From a virus (lineage: Duplodnaviria; Caudoviricetes): DNA of 39,913 bases. A program made the translations under genes and the position numbers. Of the stretch, positions 25,256-33,233 are shown piece by piece; within the stretch, counting starts at the first letter, position 1, and every line of letters begins with the position of its first letter. The stretch spans positions 1 to 39,913 of IMG/VR virus record IMGVR_UViG_3300035102_000318. The stretch is one strand, 5' to 3'. The notes below the pieces were generated by a model that made no database searches, was not told where the DNA came from, and was given only the letters and a program-made list of their open reading frames with translations.

Positions 25256-25644
25256 CGAAGCCCGCCTTTGCCCCGGCCACGCCGGGACCGGTACCGGTCA
25301 ACGGCGAAGACAAACAAGACCAGAGCGGCCAGAGACAACTGCCCGACGAAAGCCCCGCTCCACCAGCTCCAACTCGCCAGCCAACCAAGAGGCCAAGCGA
25401 GCCACATGGCCACGAACACCTCACCCAAAACAACCGCAGCAATCAACAGCAGGGTACGCCATGGGGAGGAGTCGTTCTCGACGCCGAACAGATGTTCATC
25501 GAGCCACCGGGTAATGAAGCCCAGAGCGTCCGGATGCAGGGTCACCTGGTCGGCGACGATCAGAACCACGATTAGGGCGACCACACCGGCGGCCACCAGG
25601 CCGAACAGGCTGCACCACCCGTACAGGAACAGAAGCCAGTCCAT
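25252..25644 (-). CDS. Hypothetical multi-pass membrane protein
   Basis: About three hydrophobic, Trp-rich segments, basic tail, GGAGG RBS. Confidence 0.6.
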   Translation of the reverse strand: MDWLLFLYGWCSLFGLVAAGVVALIVVLIVADQVTLHPDALGFITRWLDEHLFGVENDSSPWRTLLLIAAVVLGEVFVAMWLAWPLGWLASWSWWSGAFVGQLSLAALVLFVFAVDRYRSRRGRGKGGLR

Positions 25645-25653
25645 CAGGACCTC

Positions 25654-26271
25654 CTATTGTTTGGCGCCGAAAACTTTGCCCATCTTGTCCAGGAGGGTCT
25701 CCGGTTGGAGCCCGACCTGGCCGAGCTTCTCGGCGGTCCGTTTGCTGACGTAGATGCGGAACATAAAGAGAAAAACCTGAGCAATGAGACCGGCGACAGA
25801 GATGAGGACGTACATAAGAAAGTCCGCCTCAATCCGTGTCAAAGCCTGCTCCATGCCGAAGACCACCCAGGTGGACACGGCCACAACGAGGAAGAGCAGC
25901 CAGACCGTAGCCCAGCCGAACACGCGCAGAAGCTTGGGCCGAGTCTGCCGGACGTACTCGTCGTTGGAGGCGATCTCGGCCTTGGCCAGGTTGCGGCCAC
26001 CTTCGGTGTCTTCAAGGTCGATCCCGGCCATGCGCTCCTTGTGGCGCATGCCCGCCTGTTCCAGCTTGTACTGCTGCTCCGGAGTCATGGGCTGGGCATT
26101 GGCCTCCTGTAGGCCGTCGGTGACCAGCTTGATCCCGTCATTGATCTTCTTGCCGGTCTCGCCGCCCACGGCCTCGGCTACCTCGCCAACGGTCTCGATG
26201 GCGCCTACGATGCCGGACACGCCGGGGATGAATTTAAGGATGCCCTTTCCCAGGGCGGACAGGACGCTCAT
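25654..26271 (-). CDS. Putative holin (3TM-holin-like)
   Basis: 'D....R......S.D.YV...RP' followed by two TM helices and 'Y...RT.EK'; lies downstream of the endolysin. Confidence 0.65.
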   Translation of the reverse strand: MSVLSALGKGILKFIPGVSGIVGAIETVGEVAEAVGGETGKKINDGIKLVTDGLQEANAQPMTPEQQYKLEQAGMRHKERMAGIDLEDTEGGRNLAKAEIASNDEYVRQTRPKLLRVFGWATVWLLFLVVAVSTWVVFGMEQALTRIEADFLMYVLISVAGLIAQVFLFMFRIYVSKRTAEKLGQVGLQPETLLDKMGKVFGAKQ

Positions 26272-26561
26272 CGCGGCACCCGCGCTTCAAAATCTTGGAT
26301 AGCCCGCTCGACGGGGCGCAAAGACCACGTGACAAGGGATCGATGGAGACGTGTTAGCGTTGTCCGAGTGAGATGGTTCGCCCACCACAATGCAGCGGCA
26401 GAGAAGATCAGCCACGCAAAAGGACCGCCCAAGACAAATCGGGCCGCATCAATCTCCAAAGGTTCTTCGTCGGGGACGTAGACAAGTAGCCACAGGGCGC
26501 CGAAAGAGCCCCAGAACCAAAGGGCGGCGAGGACGAGAAGGAGGTTTGCGGACACCATCAC
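26268..26561 (-). CDS. Small two-TM membrane protein
   Basis: Two hydrophobic segments; coupled to the endolysin stop. Confidence 0.55.
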   Translation of the reverse strand: MMVSANLLLVLAALWFWGSFGALWLLVYVPDEEPLEIDAARFVLGGPFAWLIFSAAALWWANHLTRTTLTRLHRSLVTWSLRPVERAIQDFEARVPR

Positions 26562-27004
26562 GCCACCCCCTTGTTATTTGCCCACCACTTGATCGCGTCG
26601 AAGCAGGGACATTCCTTGCCCGGATCGTAGTCGTGGTGACCACAGACGTGGAGACGGCCGAATTCGTCCATAAGTCTGGTGATGAGTCCGTGCAGGGCGT
26701 CGTACTGTTCGGGGGTGAAGTTAGCCTCGCCCTTGCCATCCGGGCCACGCCCGCCGACTAGGCAAATGCCGACCGAGAACTGGTTATGGCCTCGGACGTG
26801 GGCACCGACCCGATAGAGCGGGCGCCCGGTCTGGACCGAGCCGTCCCGCAGAATGACGTAGTGATAGCCGATGTCCGACCAGCCGCGCCCCTGGGGCGGC
26901 GGGTCGGTGTGCCATCTGCGAATCATGGCCGCGTCTACGAACATGTCAGCACGGGTATCCGAGCAGTGGACGATAATTTCGTGAATCTGTCGCATGGTCG
27001 TCAT
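26558..27004 (-). CDS. Endolysin, N-acetylmuramoyl-L-alanine amidase (T7 lysozyme/Amidase_2 type)
   Basis: 'IIVHCS', 'GW.DIGYH..I', 'GAHV.GHN..S.GICLVGG' and 'GH.D...K.CP.F' motifs. ATG at 27004 after GGAGG. Confidence 0.95.
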   Translation of the reverse strand: MTTMRQIHEIIVHCSDTRADMFVDAAMIRRWHTDPPPQGRGWSDIGYHYVILRDGSVQTGRPLYRVGAHVRGHNQFSVGICLVGGRGPDGKGEANFTPEQYDALHGLITRLMDEFGRLHVCGHHDYDPGKECPCFDAIKWWANNKGVA

Positions 27005-27177
27005 AGTTTCCTCCCTGCTGGTGTTCCCGAGGAGGCGGACCGGGCCGGGAGCGGCCTCGGCCCGCCGGATCGGGAAGGGCAACCAACAGCAAAAGAGTAG
27101 CTCCTAAAAAAAATATGCGCCTGAATCTGCGCAAAAATACGGGGAAAACAAGGAAGGATATGCCCGGAAAACGACGC

Positions 27178-27208
27178 AAAAAGGGGGCGGCCGAAGACCG
27201 CCCCCTTT
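27178..27208. terminator. Bidirectional intrinsic terminator between early and late regions
   Basis: AAAAA-GGGGGCGG-CCGAAGA-CCGCCCCC-TTT. Confidence 0.75.
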
Positions 27209-27271
27209 AGGTTGTTGATTGAATTGTCGTTATGCTGGTATAGGTAAGACGGAAACCATGCGGAGGGAGCA

Positions 27272-27625
27272 ATGAGAAACTACATTTTGATCGCCGTCCT
27301 GACCTTGATACTGGCCGCCATGACACCCCCCTGCCTGGCCGGAGGCTTCACGTCCGAACAGATTGAGCAGGGCCGGATACAAGTTCGGCAACTGGAAAAG
27401 CAGGGCACCAGGGAGGTGTCCGGGACCGGCGTCTATTACATCTGGCACGGCGACTGGTACGCCATGAGCTACGACCGGCAGCTGCGGACCATGCGGGCCA
27501 TTGCCGACGCGGAATACACGGCCAGCCAGGGACGATACACCCACATGCACATCGAATATGAAGGCAGCACCGTGGCCGAGGCCACGCCCACCGGAGGCAT
27601 CCGGGTGATCAAATCCAGACCCTAG
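27272..27625 (+). CDS. Moron-like exported protein (signal peptide), opposite strand
   Basis: MRNYILIAVLTLILAAMTPPCLA signal-like N-terminus, GGAG RBS, AT-rich promoter-like upstream DNA. Confidence 0.75.
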   Translation: MRNYILIAVLTLILAAMTPPCLAGGFTSEQIEQGRIQVRQLEKQGTREVSGTGVYYIWHGDWYAMSYDRQLRTMRAIADAEYTASQGRYTHMHIEYEGSTVAEATPTGGIRVIKSRP

Positions 27626-27630
27626 GGTTT

Positions 27631-27948
27631 TCATTCCTCATTCCCAATAAATTCAAGGGTGCCGTCGGGCAGTCTTTGAAACAGGTGGGCGCGGTCCGAC
27701 TCCACAAACACTCGCTTGCCGCCTTCCTCATGCTTGGTCACGATGTACGCGCCATCATGATCAACCCGAACGCGCCAGACTCCCCAGGCTGATCCGGGCA
27801 TTGAGGCGAGAAAAACCTCCATGTGGCCATTCGGGTATCTGCAGGGATAGGCCTCCTCAAAGACCGCTCGTTCAACCCGACATTCCATCCCGGGCTTCAT
27901 CTGTGAGAATTGGCGGTGCAGGTGCTTTAGGGAAATACTGTTCGTCAT
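27631..27948 (-). CDS. Hypothetical protein
   Basis: 105-aa ORF with GGAGG RBS before ATG 27948. Confidence 0.6.
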   Translation of the reverse strand: MTNSISLKHLHRQFSQMKPGMECRVERAVFEEAYPCRYPNGHMEVFLASMPGSAWGVWRVRVDHDGAYIVTKHEEGGKRVFVESDRAHLFQRLPDGTLEFIGNEE

Positions 27949-27989
27949 GAGACCTCCTTGATTTGGTATAGTAGCCGCGTCAGCCTTGG

Positions 27990-28457
27990 TCAACAATCCT
28001 CATCCCGGACTCGCTCAAGGTATTCCCTAACGCTGTCGGTGGTCACGCGGAGCGGCAACCCTTTCAAGACATCCACTTCACCTCGGGCGATCAACTCCCT
28101 GGCTTTCGTCTCCTGGATGCGGCAGACGACCATGAACTCGTCCAGTCGCAGCACCCTCTTTATCCTGAGCAATTCTTCGTCGCTGATCAACGGCATCACC
28201 CCGGCCACCACGGGTACGGCTAACCCCGGGATAGGCAGCATGGCCTGGAATCCCTTGGGGTTGATCAGGGAGCAGCCCGCCTTGCAGCCCAGGCAGACGA
28301 ACAGCATTTTCGAGCCGTCCATGCGCACGAACCACCGAGCCGGTTTGCCGTCCCGGCACTTGCGGCTTTCGTAGATTTCTTTGGACACATGGCCATCATA
28401 GGGCGCGTACCCTCGGCTGATCAGGTCCAGGGTCTGATTGACAGTTGCCTTGCTCAT
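27990..28457 (-). CDS. Putative late transcription regulator (Cys motif + C-terminal excisionase-like HTH)
   Basis: 'LRLDE....CRI.E....ELI..G.V......LRV...SV..YL' winged-HTH pattern; occupies the Mu C/Mor position. Confidence 0.6.
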   Translation of the reverse strand: MSKATVNQTLDLISRGYAPYDGHVSKEIYESRKCRDGKPARWFVRMDGSKMLFVCLGCKAGCSLINPKGFQAMLPIPGLAVPVVAGVMPLISDEELLRIKRVLRLDEFMVVCRIQETKARELIARGEVDVLKGLPLRVTTDSVREYLERVRDEDC

Positions 28458-28461
28458 AGCT

Positions 28462-28935
28462 CTACCTCCGGTAGATTTCTATGTCATCCACGGGCACATG
28501 GATGGCACCGCGACCGATCATGTTTACCACCACATAATCCCGCCCGTCGCTCAGGCGAACCGGAACGGTGGCCGTCCTGGTGACGTCGAACATGGCCTGG
28601 CCGTCCAGAAAATTTCCATTGGGCACCCTGACTGGCGTTCCCACCGGCACGGTTGGCGTGGCCGGGCCTTCGTCGGCGTCATGCCCGGCCTGGCTGGCCA
28701 CCAGCCCCCAGGCCTCGGCCTCGGTCATGAAAACGTACTTCCTGGGACCGGGGTGCCAGGTTTCGGAAAACGCCCCGGGACGGCCCTCGAGAGGCGTCCC
28801 GATCTTGAGCCGGTACAGTCCGGGCTTGCCGCCTTGCTTCGGCCAAAGCCCGGCACAAAAGAATTCAATTTTTGCTCCTGCTTTGCCTCGGAAACGGAGC
28901 AATATGGAAAACTCGGGATTGCGTTTCTCAGCCAT
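28462..28935 (-). CDS. Hypothetical protein
   Basis: 157-aa ORF in the early operon with phage-like codon usage. Confidence 0.65.
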   Translation of the reverse strand: MAEKRNPEFSILLRFRGKAGAKIEFFCAGLWPKQGGKPGLYRLKIGTPLEGRPGAFSETWHPGPRKYVFMTEAEAWGLVASQAGHDADEGPATPTVPVGTPVRVPNGNFLDGQAMFDVTRTATVPVRLSDGRDYVVVNMIGRGAIHVPVDDIEIYRR

Positions 28936-28950
28936 TATGCACCCTTGTGG

Positions 28951-29676
28951 TCATTGTATTTTTCCTTTTTCTTTCAATGACGCCATGACTCTCTCTGCCT
29001 CGGGGAACGGAATCTCGGCGTCTATGCGCAGGATGTTGAGTCCATCTCCCTGCATGCAGTTCAGCGCTTCCTCGGTTACGTAAACATCCACGCCCCATGT
29101 CTTTTCATTGCCCCGAACGATAAGGCCGCATTTGATCTCGTCTGGCTGCGGTCCTCGCGGCTTGAACTCCTCGCCATCGAAGCGTCCTGTCCCCTGGCAC
29201 CGATTCATGTACATGGAGTGAGTGGACCGGAACTCGCCGCTTTCTATGCTTTCCCGGACCTGATCCTGGAAGCGGGCCACGGCTTCTTTGAGGCCATAGC
29301 CCATCTTTAGCTTGGGCTCGAAAAGAAGGTTGGCATAGAGCCACCAGCGCGGAGCGAGGTAATAGGAGTATTTGTCCGCCTTGTAGAGGTCGCTGAGCGG
29401 CATGCCGCTATGGGAGCAGTGCCCGGCGGTGAGCTGCCAGCCCTTGACCCCGAACAGCCGTTGCGCGATCCGCGCCCCCAGCTTCCAGTGCTCCCGCTTC
29501 TGCTCGTAGTCGTCGAGGTAGTCCCGCCCCCAATGGCCGATGTCGTGGAGAAAGATGCACACGACCTGCCACGGCCTCGGCCACCGGCCATACAGCCGAC
29601 GCCAAGCCAGCACGACCAGGGCACTGTGAATGGGCGAGTGGCAGCCGATCAGGACGCTGATGGTTCCTTGTTTCAT
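28951..29676 (-). CDS. HD-domain metal-dependent phosphohydrolase-like protein
   Basis: H..HS ... LHDIGH ... EH...GA.IA ... GH ... ADK matches the HD superfamily signature. Confidence 0.75.
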   Translation of the reverse strand: MKQGTISVLIGCHSPIHSALVVLAWRRLYGRWPRPWQVVCIFLHDIGHWGRDYLDDYEQKREHWKLGARIAQRLFGVKGWQLTAGHCSHSGMPLSDLYKADKYSYYLAPRWWLYANLLFEPKLKMGYGLKEAVARFQDQVRESIESGEFRSTHSMYMNRCQGTGRFDGEEFKPRGPQPDEIKCGLIVRGNEKTWGVDVYVTEEALNCMQGDGLNILRIDAEIPFPEAERVMASLKEKGKIQ

Positions 29677-29684
29677 GGTGCTCC

Positions 29685-30119
29685 CTATTGGTTACAGGCC
29701 TTGGCCATGCGGTCATAAAGAATCACGTTCACCGTGGCCGCCAGATTCATGCACCTGGTTGTCGGAATGTAGACCACGTCTCGGCAGAACGATGTGATCC
29801 GTTCGCCGAGCGTGTGGTCTTCGGCCCCGAAAATGTAGAAGGCCCGCTCCGGATGCTGGTATTCAGGGAGAGGGGTCGCTCCATTGATGAGGTCCACGGC
29901 TACGGGTACACAGTCATAGGGAATGACGGTCTTGAGATTGTCCACCTGCAACAACGGTGTGTGGCGATATACCTTCATCGTGTCGCTGCCGTGCTTCTTG
30001 TACCGCTTGCCAGTGACCGCAACCATGGCGGCATTGTAGCAACCGGCGGCACGGAGAACGGAGCCGATATTCACGTCATACTTGGGAAGGTCCAAGCCGA
30101 TTGCGGCAAAACCTCTCAT
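29685..30119 (-). CDS. SpoU/TrmH-family (SPOUT) RNA methyltransferase, minimal TrmL-sized
   Basis: 'N.GSVLRAA' motif 1, 'YIFGAED..L' motif 2, 'VYIP...CMNLAATVNVILYDR' motif 3. Confidence 0.9.
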   Translation of the reverse strand: MRGFAAIGLDLPKYDVNIGSVLRAAGCYNAAMVAVTGKRYKKHGSDTMKVYRHTPLLQVDNLKTVIPYDCVPVAVDLINGATPLPEYQHPERAFYIFGAEDHTLGERITSFCRDVVYIPTTRCMNLAATVNVILYDRMAKACNQ

Positions 30120-30153
30120 TGCGTATTCCTCTCTGCTCTTTGCGGATAGTGCG

Positions 30154-30459
30154 TTATTCGCCTCGCCACTTCTTGACGGCTTCTTTGAGTGCGCGGCTAT
30201 TAACCATGTTCGGGTTAATTCCTTCGACAATTTCAGTGTATGAAAGAAGGCTCGCTATATGGTGTTCCACCTCGGCCTGCTTCGTGTCGTAACGTTCACA
30301 GTCGTATAGGCTCCACTGCACGATGGGCGCGACTTCGCTGTCGCAGTAGATGCGGACATTGATTGTCTCGCATCCGGGGTCGCACTCGTCACACATGCTG
30401 TCGAACTTGCCGATACAGCCGGTCGGCTTGTGGCGGATATGTTCATTTGCTTCAAACAT
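30154..30459 (-). CDS. Hypothetical protein
   Basis: 101-aa ORF, GAGG RBS, lower GC. Confidence 0.55.
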   Translation of the reverse strand: MFEANEHIRHKPTGCIGKFDSMCDECDPGCETINVRIYCDSEVAPIVQWSLYDCERYDTKQAEVEHHIASLLSYTEIVEGINPNMVNSRALKEAVKKWRGE

Positions 30460-30478
30460 TGGTCACCTCACTGCTGAT

Positions 30479-30754
30479 TTAGCGGCTGTACGATTCTTTA
30501 CGAATGTGCAGCTCGCGGTCGTTCTCGATCCCGGCGGGCACCCTGCACGGGCCGTATGCACAGCCCAGGCATACAACCTTGCCGTTGCCGAGCTCGCGGG
30601 CTCTGCAAACGACGTGATCCGAACGGCGGCCGTCAAAGGAGCTCTCCTTCGGCAGCGGCTTGCATTTCAGTCCCCGGGGCATCCACAGGTCCACCGGGCC
30701 GTTGCCCTTGAGCTGACCCCGATCATCTTCCCGTATGTACAGATCGGCTCGCAT
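30479..30754 (-). CDS. Hypothetical Cys-containing protein
   Basis: 91-aa ORF, GGAGG RBS. Confidence 0.55.
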   Translation of the reverse strand: MRADLYIREDDRGQLKGNGPVDLWMPRGLKCKPLPKESSFDGRRSDHVVCRARELGNGKVVCLGCAYGPCRVPAGIENDRELHIRKESYSR

Positions 30755-30773
30755 GGTCTCCTCCCATTTTCGC

Positions 30774-31073
30774 TTAAGATGAGAAAAACTCCGTGGCAGC
30801 CTGGGCCGCGATCCTGAAGGTCATGTCACACCTCGAGCACGCCCCGGCCACGTTGCACCGGGCGCAGGCCCGGGCCTTGATCGCCTCGAAGACCAGGCGC
30901 TCCTGGTCCGTGCCGTCGAGCACGTCCCGGATGCGCTTGACCTGGAGCTCCACGTTGCCGCTGTAGTAGCCGCCCACAACCTGGTAGACGGTGGAGCGGT
31001 TGAGCTGGGGGTGGCAGCGGCAGAACCGATGCACCGTGCTCCAACGTTCCTCGATGTCACCCTTCAGGCTCAT
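30774..31073 (-). CDS. Hypothetical protein (HTH-like N-terminus, C-terminal Cys cluster)
   Basis: 'L.RSTVYQV..G.Y' and C..C.....C..C; coupled to the gemA-like gene. Confidence 0.65.
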   Translation of the reverse strand: MSLKGDIEERWSTVHRFCRCHPQLNRSTVYQVVGGYYSGNVELQVKRIRDVLDGTDQERLVFEAIKARACARCNVAGACSRCDMTFRIAAQAATEFFSS

Positions 31074-31549
31074 ATGCCGAGGCTCTCCGGCCTCGGGTCT
31101 ATTCCCTTCTTTTCACAGCGCCCCACCAGGTCCTTGGCCAGGGTCTGTAGCTTGCGCTGGTCGTTGATCCACAGGAAACAGTCCGTCTTGAATTGCAGCC
31201 TGGCCCGGACATCCAGGCCGCTCATCTTCCAGCCCAGGGCATGCCACAAAGCCGCGATGTATCGCTTCTGCCGGGCGTGGGGCGTGTCTTCCGGCACCTC
31301 GTAGAACTTGGCTGGGTCCTTCTTCGGGTTTCGTTTCCGCGAGTCGGGGTACTCCACCCCTAAGTCCCGGAAGTGGTCGACCAGGTCCTCGAGCTGGGCG
31401 AAGCTCAGCTTGGTGGAGGAGCTCTCCTCGTAGCGGTCCAGGAGCATCTCCCGGTACTGGTCGTCATCCATGCCCAGGGCCTTCTGCCCGATCTTGACCT
31501 TGATAATCAGACCCTTTCTCCAGGCGACGACGTTGCGGTGTTTCGCCAT
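31070..31549 (-). CDS. gemA: GemA/Mu gp16 (DUF1018) family protein
   Basis: 'LI.K.KI....LGMDDD.YR.ML......SS..L...QL..L...F...G' and 'I.ALW' motifs. Confidence 0.85.
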   Translation of the reverse strand: MAKHRNVVAWRKGLIIKVKIGQKALGMDDDQYREMLLDRYEESSSTKLSFAQLEDLVDHFRDLGVEYPDSRKRNPKKDPAKFYEVPEDTPHARQKRYIAALWHALGWKMSGLDVRARLQFKTDCFLWINDQRKLQTLAKDLVGRCEKKGIDPRPESLGI

Positions 31550-31550
31550 A

Positions 31551-31991
31551 TTAAACCCCGTATAAGTCGGTATGATATTCAACGGCGCCGTCCATGCCGA
31601 AGCCGCGCACCTTGCGCCAGCATTCGTCGCACCGGTAGTTGTTGGTGGGCTTGCCGCAGTCGTGGCATTCCCTGGTGGGGCCTACGTATGCGTCTTGACC
31701 AAGGCTTTTCCCGGACCGTGGGCGCTTGGCCAGGTCGCGCTGAATCTGTACCCGCTTCATGTCCGGCTCCTCGTACCCGGCGGCCGTGGCGGCGCCATGA
31801 CCGAACGTCTCCCGCAGGAGAACGTTGATGGACCGGTGCCTGTACTTTTTGCCGAATCTTAGGGATACAAAGTCTTTCCGGCCACTGGAGGTGTGAACCG
31901 TAAGTTCTTTGCCGCCGACGTGGCGCACCACACCCGCCTTGTCTATTTCGTATCCGGGGAAATCCTTGACCGGAAAGAAACGGCTACCCAT
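31551..31991 (-). CDS. NUMOD4-like domain protein with C-terminal Zn finger
   Basis: 'PV.DFPGYEI...G.VR' N-terminus; 'CHDCGKPT.NYRC..CW' C-terminus. No HNH motif seen. Confidence 0.6.
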   Translation of the reverse strand: MGSRFFPVKDFPGYEIDKAGVVRHVGGKELTVHTSSGRKDFVSLRFGKKYRHRSINVLLRETFGHGAATAAGYEEPDMKRVQIQRDLAKRPRSGKSLGQDAYVGPTRECHDCGKPTNNYRCDECWRKVRGFGMDGAVEYHTDLYGV

Positions 31992-32214
31992 TGTCCACCT
32001 CCGGAACTCGGCGGGTGCAGTTGGTCAGCATCACGCATTTTTCGCAGGGGTCGGTCTTCTGTGCGGCCGCCAGCTGGTCCAACAGCCGACCGGCGCGGAT
32101 CACTTCATCCCGCGCAGTGGCCTGGCCCTCGGGCGTTCCATCCATCAATACCACGGCAAAAATATGCATCGCCTCTTCCCACGTTGGTGTTAAATCTATG
32201 GAGGTCTCGCTCAT
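31984..32214 (-). CDS. Hypothetical protein
   Basis: Short ORF coupled to the next gene. Confidence 0.5.
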   Translation of the reverse strand: MSETSIDLTPTWEEAMHIFAVVLMDGTPEGQATARDEVIRAGRLLDQLAAAQKTDPCEKCVMLTNCTRRVPEVDNG

Positions 32215-32287
32215 GCTGCTTTCCCTTCGGCTGCTCATCAGGCCCGGGCCGCCACGCCCGAACGACCGCCCCGCAGGGCGGTTTCGC

Positions 32288-32575
32288 TTATTTGTTCAGG
32301 GCCTCCTTCAGAACCTTGCCGGGTTTGAACTTCACTCCGACCGAGGGTGCGATCTCGACGGCCTCGCCGGTCCTGGGGTTACGGCCCTTGCGGCCCTTAC
32401 GTGTCACCGGCTCAAAGGAGCCAAAGCCGGTAATGACAACCTTCTCGCCCCGGATCAGGGCGTTGTGGAGGCTGTCCAGCATGCCGTTAACGGCGCGGAT
32501 CGCCGTGGCCTTGTCGTAGCCGGACTCCTGGCACATTGCTTTGTGGGTCGCGTCGATCAGTTCGGTCTTGTTCAT
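32288..32575 (-). CDS. HU family DNA-binding protein
   Basis: MNKTELI...GFGSF....RKGR.GRNPRTGE...I......KFKPGK.LK signature. Confidence 0.95.
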   Translation of the reverse strand: MNKTELIDATHKAMCQESGYDKATAIRAVNGMLDSLHNALIRGEKVVITGFGSFEPVTRKGRKGRNPRTGEAVEIAPSVGVKFKPGKVLKEALNK

Positions 32576-32784
32576 TTTGCCCTCCTTGGGACATAGGTTT
32601 CATATACGGTGACCACCGTCAGGGTCCTGGGGTCCACTACGGCCCTAAAGCCCAGCAGCTCCAAATGGACATTGTCCAACCTGCCAACCCCCATCACCTC
32701 GCCGCTGGCCAATACGGCGTTGAGAGTGGCTCGGCCGATATTGCGCTCGGCCATTTTCTCCAGGGCATAGCGCGAGATGCGCAT
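32572..32784 (-). CDS. DUF4258-like small protein
   Basis: 'S.YA.EKM.ERNI....L..VL..GE ... VV......VVTVY' pattern; real start likely at 32784. Confidence 0.6.
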   Translation of the reverse strand: MRISRYALEKMAERNIGRATLNAVLASGEVMGVGRLDNVHLELLGFRAVVDPRTLTVVTVYETYVPRRAK

Positions 32785-33212
32785 CACCCGAGCCTCGCCT
32801 CGGCTTCCTTGCAGTGTGCCCCCTCGAGGAGCGCAAGGTCGCGCTGCGCCCGTTCCTGCTGCTCCTTGGTCCAGCGGATGGTGTGTCCTTCCCACAGCCC
32901 GTCCGCCATGATCTCGAACTCGTGGCGGACGCCGAAATAGGTGTTCATGGCCTCGCGCTGCGTGTATCCGGAATGCTTGCCCAGAAAGTGAATCATGAAG
33001 GTGGTGTTGGTGTCCTCGATGATCCCGCCGACCAGGGCCGCGTCTTCCTTGCTGATCTCGCGCTCGGACAGGATGTGGACCAGCCGTGTATGCTCGTTCA
33101 CCGCCTCCTCGCGGGGGACCCCGTGAAAGACCCCCAACCAGTCGGTGACCACTTCGGCCTGCCACCTGAAGTATTCCTCAGCCATCATCATCGCCATCTT
33201 GTCGGTTGCCAT
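32784..33212 (-). CDS. Hypothetical protein
   Basis: 142-aa ORF, GGAG RBS. Confidence 0.6.
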   Translation of the reverse strand: MATDKMAMMMAEEYFRWQAEVVTDWLGVFHGVPREEAVNEHTRLVHILSEREISKEDAALVGGIIEDTNTTFMIHFLGKHSGYTQREAMNTYFGVRHEFEIMADGLWEGHTIRWTKEQQERAQRDLALLEGAHCKEAEARLG

Positions 33213-33233
33213 GCTGTTCTCCCGCGTTAAAGG

